NCBI RefSeq assembly: GCF_006345805.1
Contig: NC_042998.1
Location: 76,446,001-76,510,000, forward strand
DNA from: Octopus sinensis
Taxonomy: Eukaryota
Direction of reading: 5' to 3'
DNA length: 64,000 nucleotides
The translations under genes and the position numbers were made by a program. The notes beneath the pieces were generated by a model that was given only the letters and a program-made list of their open reading frames with translations, was not told the DNA's origin and searched no databases. Positions within the stretch are counted from its first letter, which is position 1. Each line of letters opens with the position of its first letter. Shown here piece after piece: positions 62,432-64,000 of the stretch.

Positions 62432-63048
62432 TACGCGAAGTTTTTTTTCTTCTCCATATTATATCACCTTTATCTTCTCTTGTTAGGCCTTTATATCATT
62501 TTAGCACATAATTTCCCCACTTACCGAGCGAATCCTCTTTTTTATTTTATTTATATTTTTCCCTCCGCACATTTGGATACAGACAATATGCAGACACACA
62601 GCAGTTATCGCCCTCTCAAACACAAGGCAATAAAAAAAAATATCACATGTGTATGTTAGTATCACTGTAGAATTTATGTAAGAATGCGTGTCAGTAACCT
62701 GTATGAATGCAAACACACGTCAATGTACTCACATACACACACACTTATACACACTCTTATACACATATTTATACATGTATACATATGCCCCCATATACGC
62801 ACACACTTAAACACATACATACATATATGTGCGTACACACATATTAACGCTCACATACAATTCTCTGTCTGTCTGTCTTTCTGTCTGTCCGTCTCACTGT
62901 TTTTATACACACACGTATATATATATACACACACATATATATATAGAATACATGCATAGGTATGTATATGTATATTTGTGTATGTACCTACATACATGTA
63001 GCTATATACATGTAGGTATATATATATATATTATAGATATATATATAT

Positions 63049-63085
<37 letters not shown>

Positions 63086-64000
63086 TACACACACATATAT
63101 CATGATACATGCATATATAAATATATATAAATACATATACATATATATCCATACACGCTCACACACACACACGCGCTCTCACACACACACAGACACATAA
63201 TTTACTATACTATACTATACACACATATATGCATACATACATACATACATACATACATGCACACATAAATACATACATACATACATACATACATGCATAC
63301 ATACATACATACATACATACATACATACATACATACATACATACATACATACATACATACATACATACATACTTGCATGCATGTATATGCTGGAGTTTAT
63401 ATCACCAGAAATGTAACACGACATAAATGATTTTGGCGATTCTATCTTTCATACTTATTATCATCCACAATTGCCTCTAGTCTCCTATCGTTGATACACT
63501 CTTCGCATCATCTACTTAACCCAGTGACGCTATCTCCCAGACTCAGTCCTTGTTTATATATCTTTAAAACACGAATATTTTTTATTACACACATACATAG
63601 TGAGTACTATAGACTAGGATATATACTGTCACCATCACCACTACCATGTTGTGAGCGAAATATTTCTTTAAGCCTGAAGAGAAAGTAAAATGTCAATATT
63701 GAGAGTATAAAGTAACGTAAAAAGTTACAGCCTTTCAGATGGTTGTGTTTCAGTATGAATTGTGTGGAAGTAAAATGTTCAAGTGTGCATCTATTCAAGG
63801 AATATAAAACTGTCACATGTGAGTTTGGGCAATCTTTACTAATTTTCTATCAATGTTTCAGAAAAAAAAAAGAAAAAAGAAGAATCATTCTCATTACATA
63901 CGCTACGAACGATTATCCACATGAAATTCTTTTGTAAAACACCCGTTCTCAACGTAGAACCTCCGTTATATTTATGGCTACAGGCAAGTGCCTTTTACAT

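Overview
Eukaryotic, AT-rich, repeat-saturated DNA with no confidently identifiable host gene. The repeat families and the (TA)n/(AAT)n/(TATC)n density look like Octopus; that species call is inference. Bases 1-24.7 kb are a pile of non-LTR retrotransposons: several Tx1-like LINEs (one near full length, 10981-17104), a full-length CR1-group LINE (17513-22982) and an intron-containing Tc1 transposon. The rest holds R4/Dong and RTE fragments, hAT-Buster, mariner, DD37D/maT and Helitron remnants, several tRNA-derived SINE families and microsatellites. The most notable signal is non-coding: about 10 type I hammerhead-ribozyme (HHR) motifs from about 5 families. Four of them sit in two independent insertions (42763-43762 and 47116-47572), each flanked by a target-site duplication (TSD), of a small element built as tRNA/Pol III head + (AAT)n + hammerhead. 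Both integrated as head-to-head inverted pairs with a ~30-nt tail on one arm only, which is Penelope-like (PLE) architecture. This suggests a Pol III-driven, self-cleaving, PLE-mobilised SINE/retrozyme. All calls were made by eye; no searches or folding were run.
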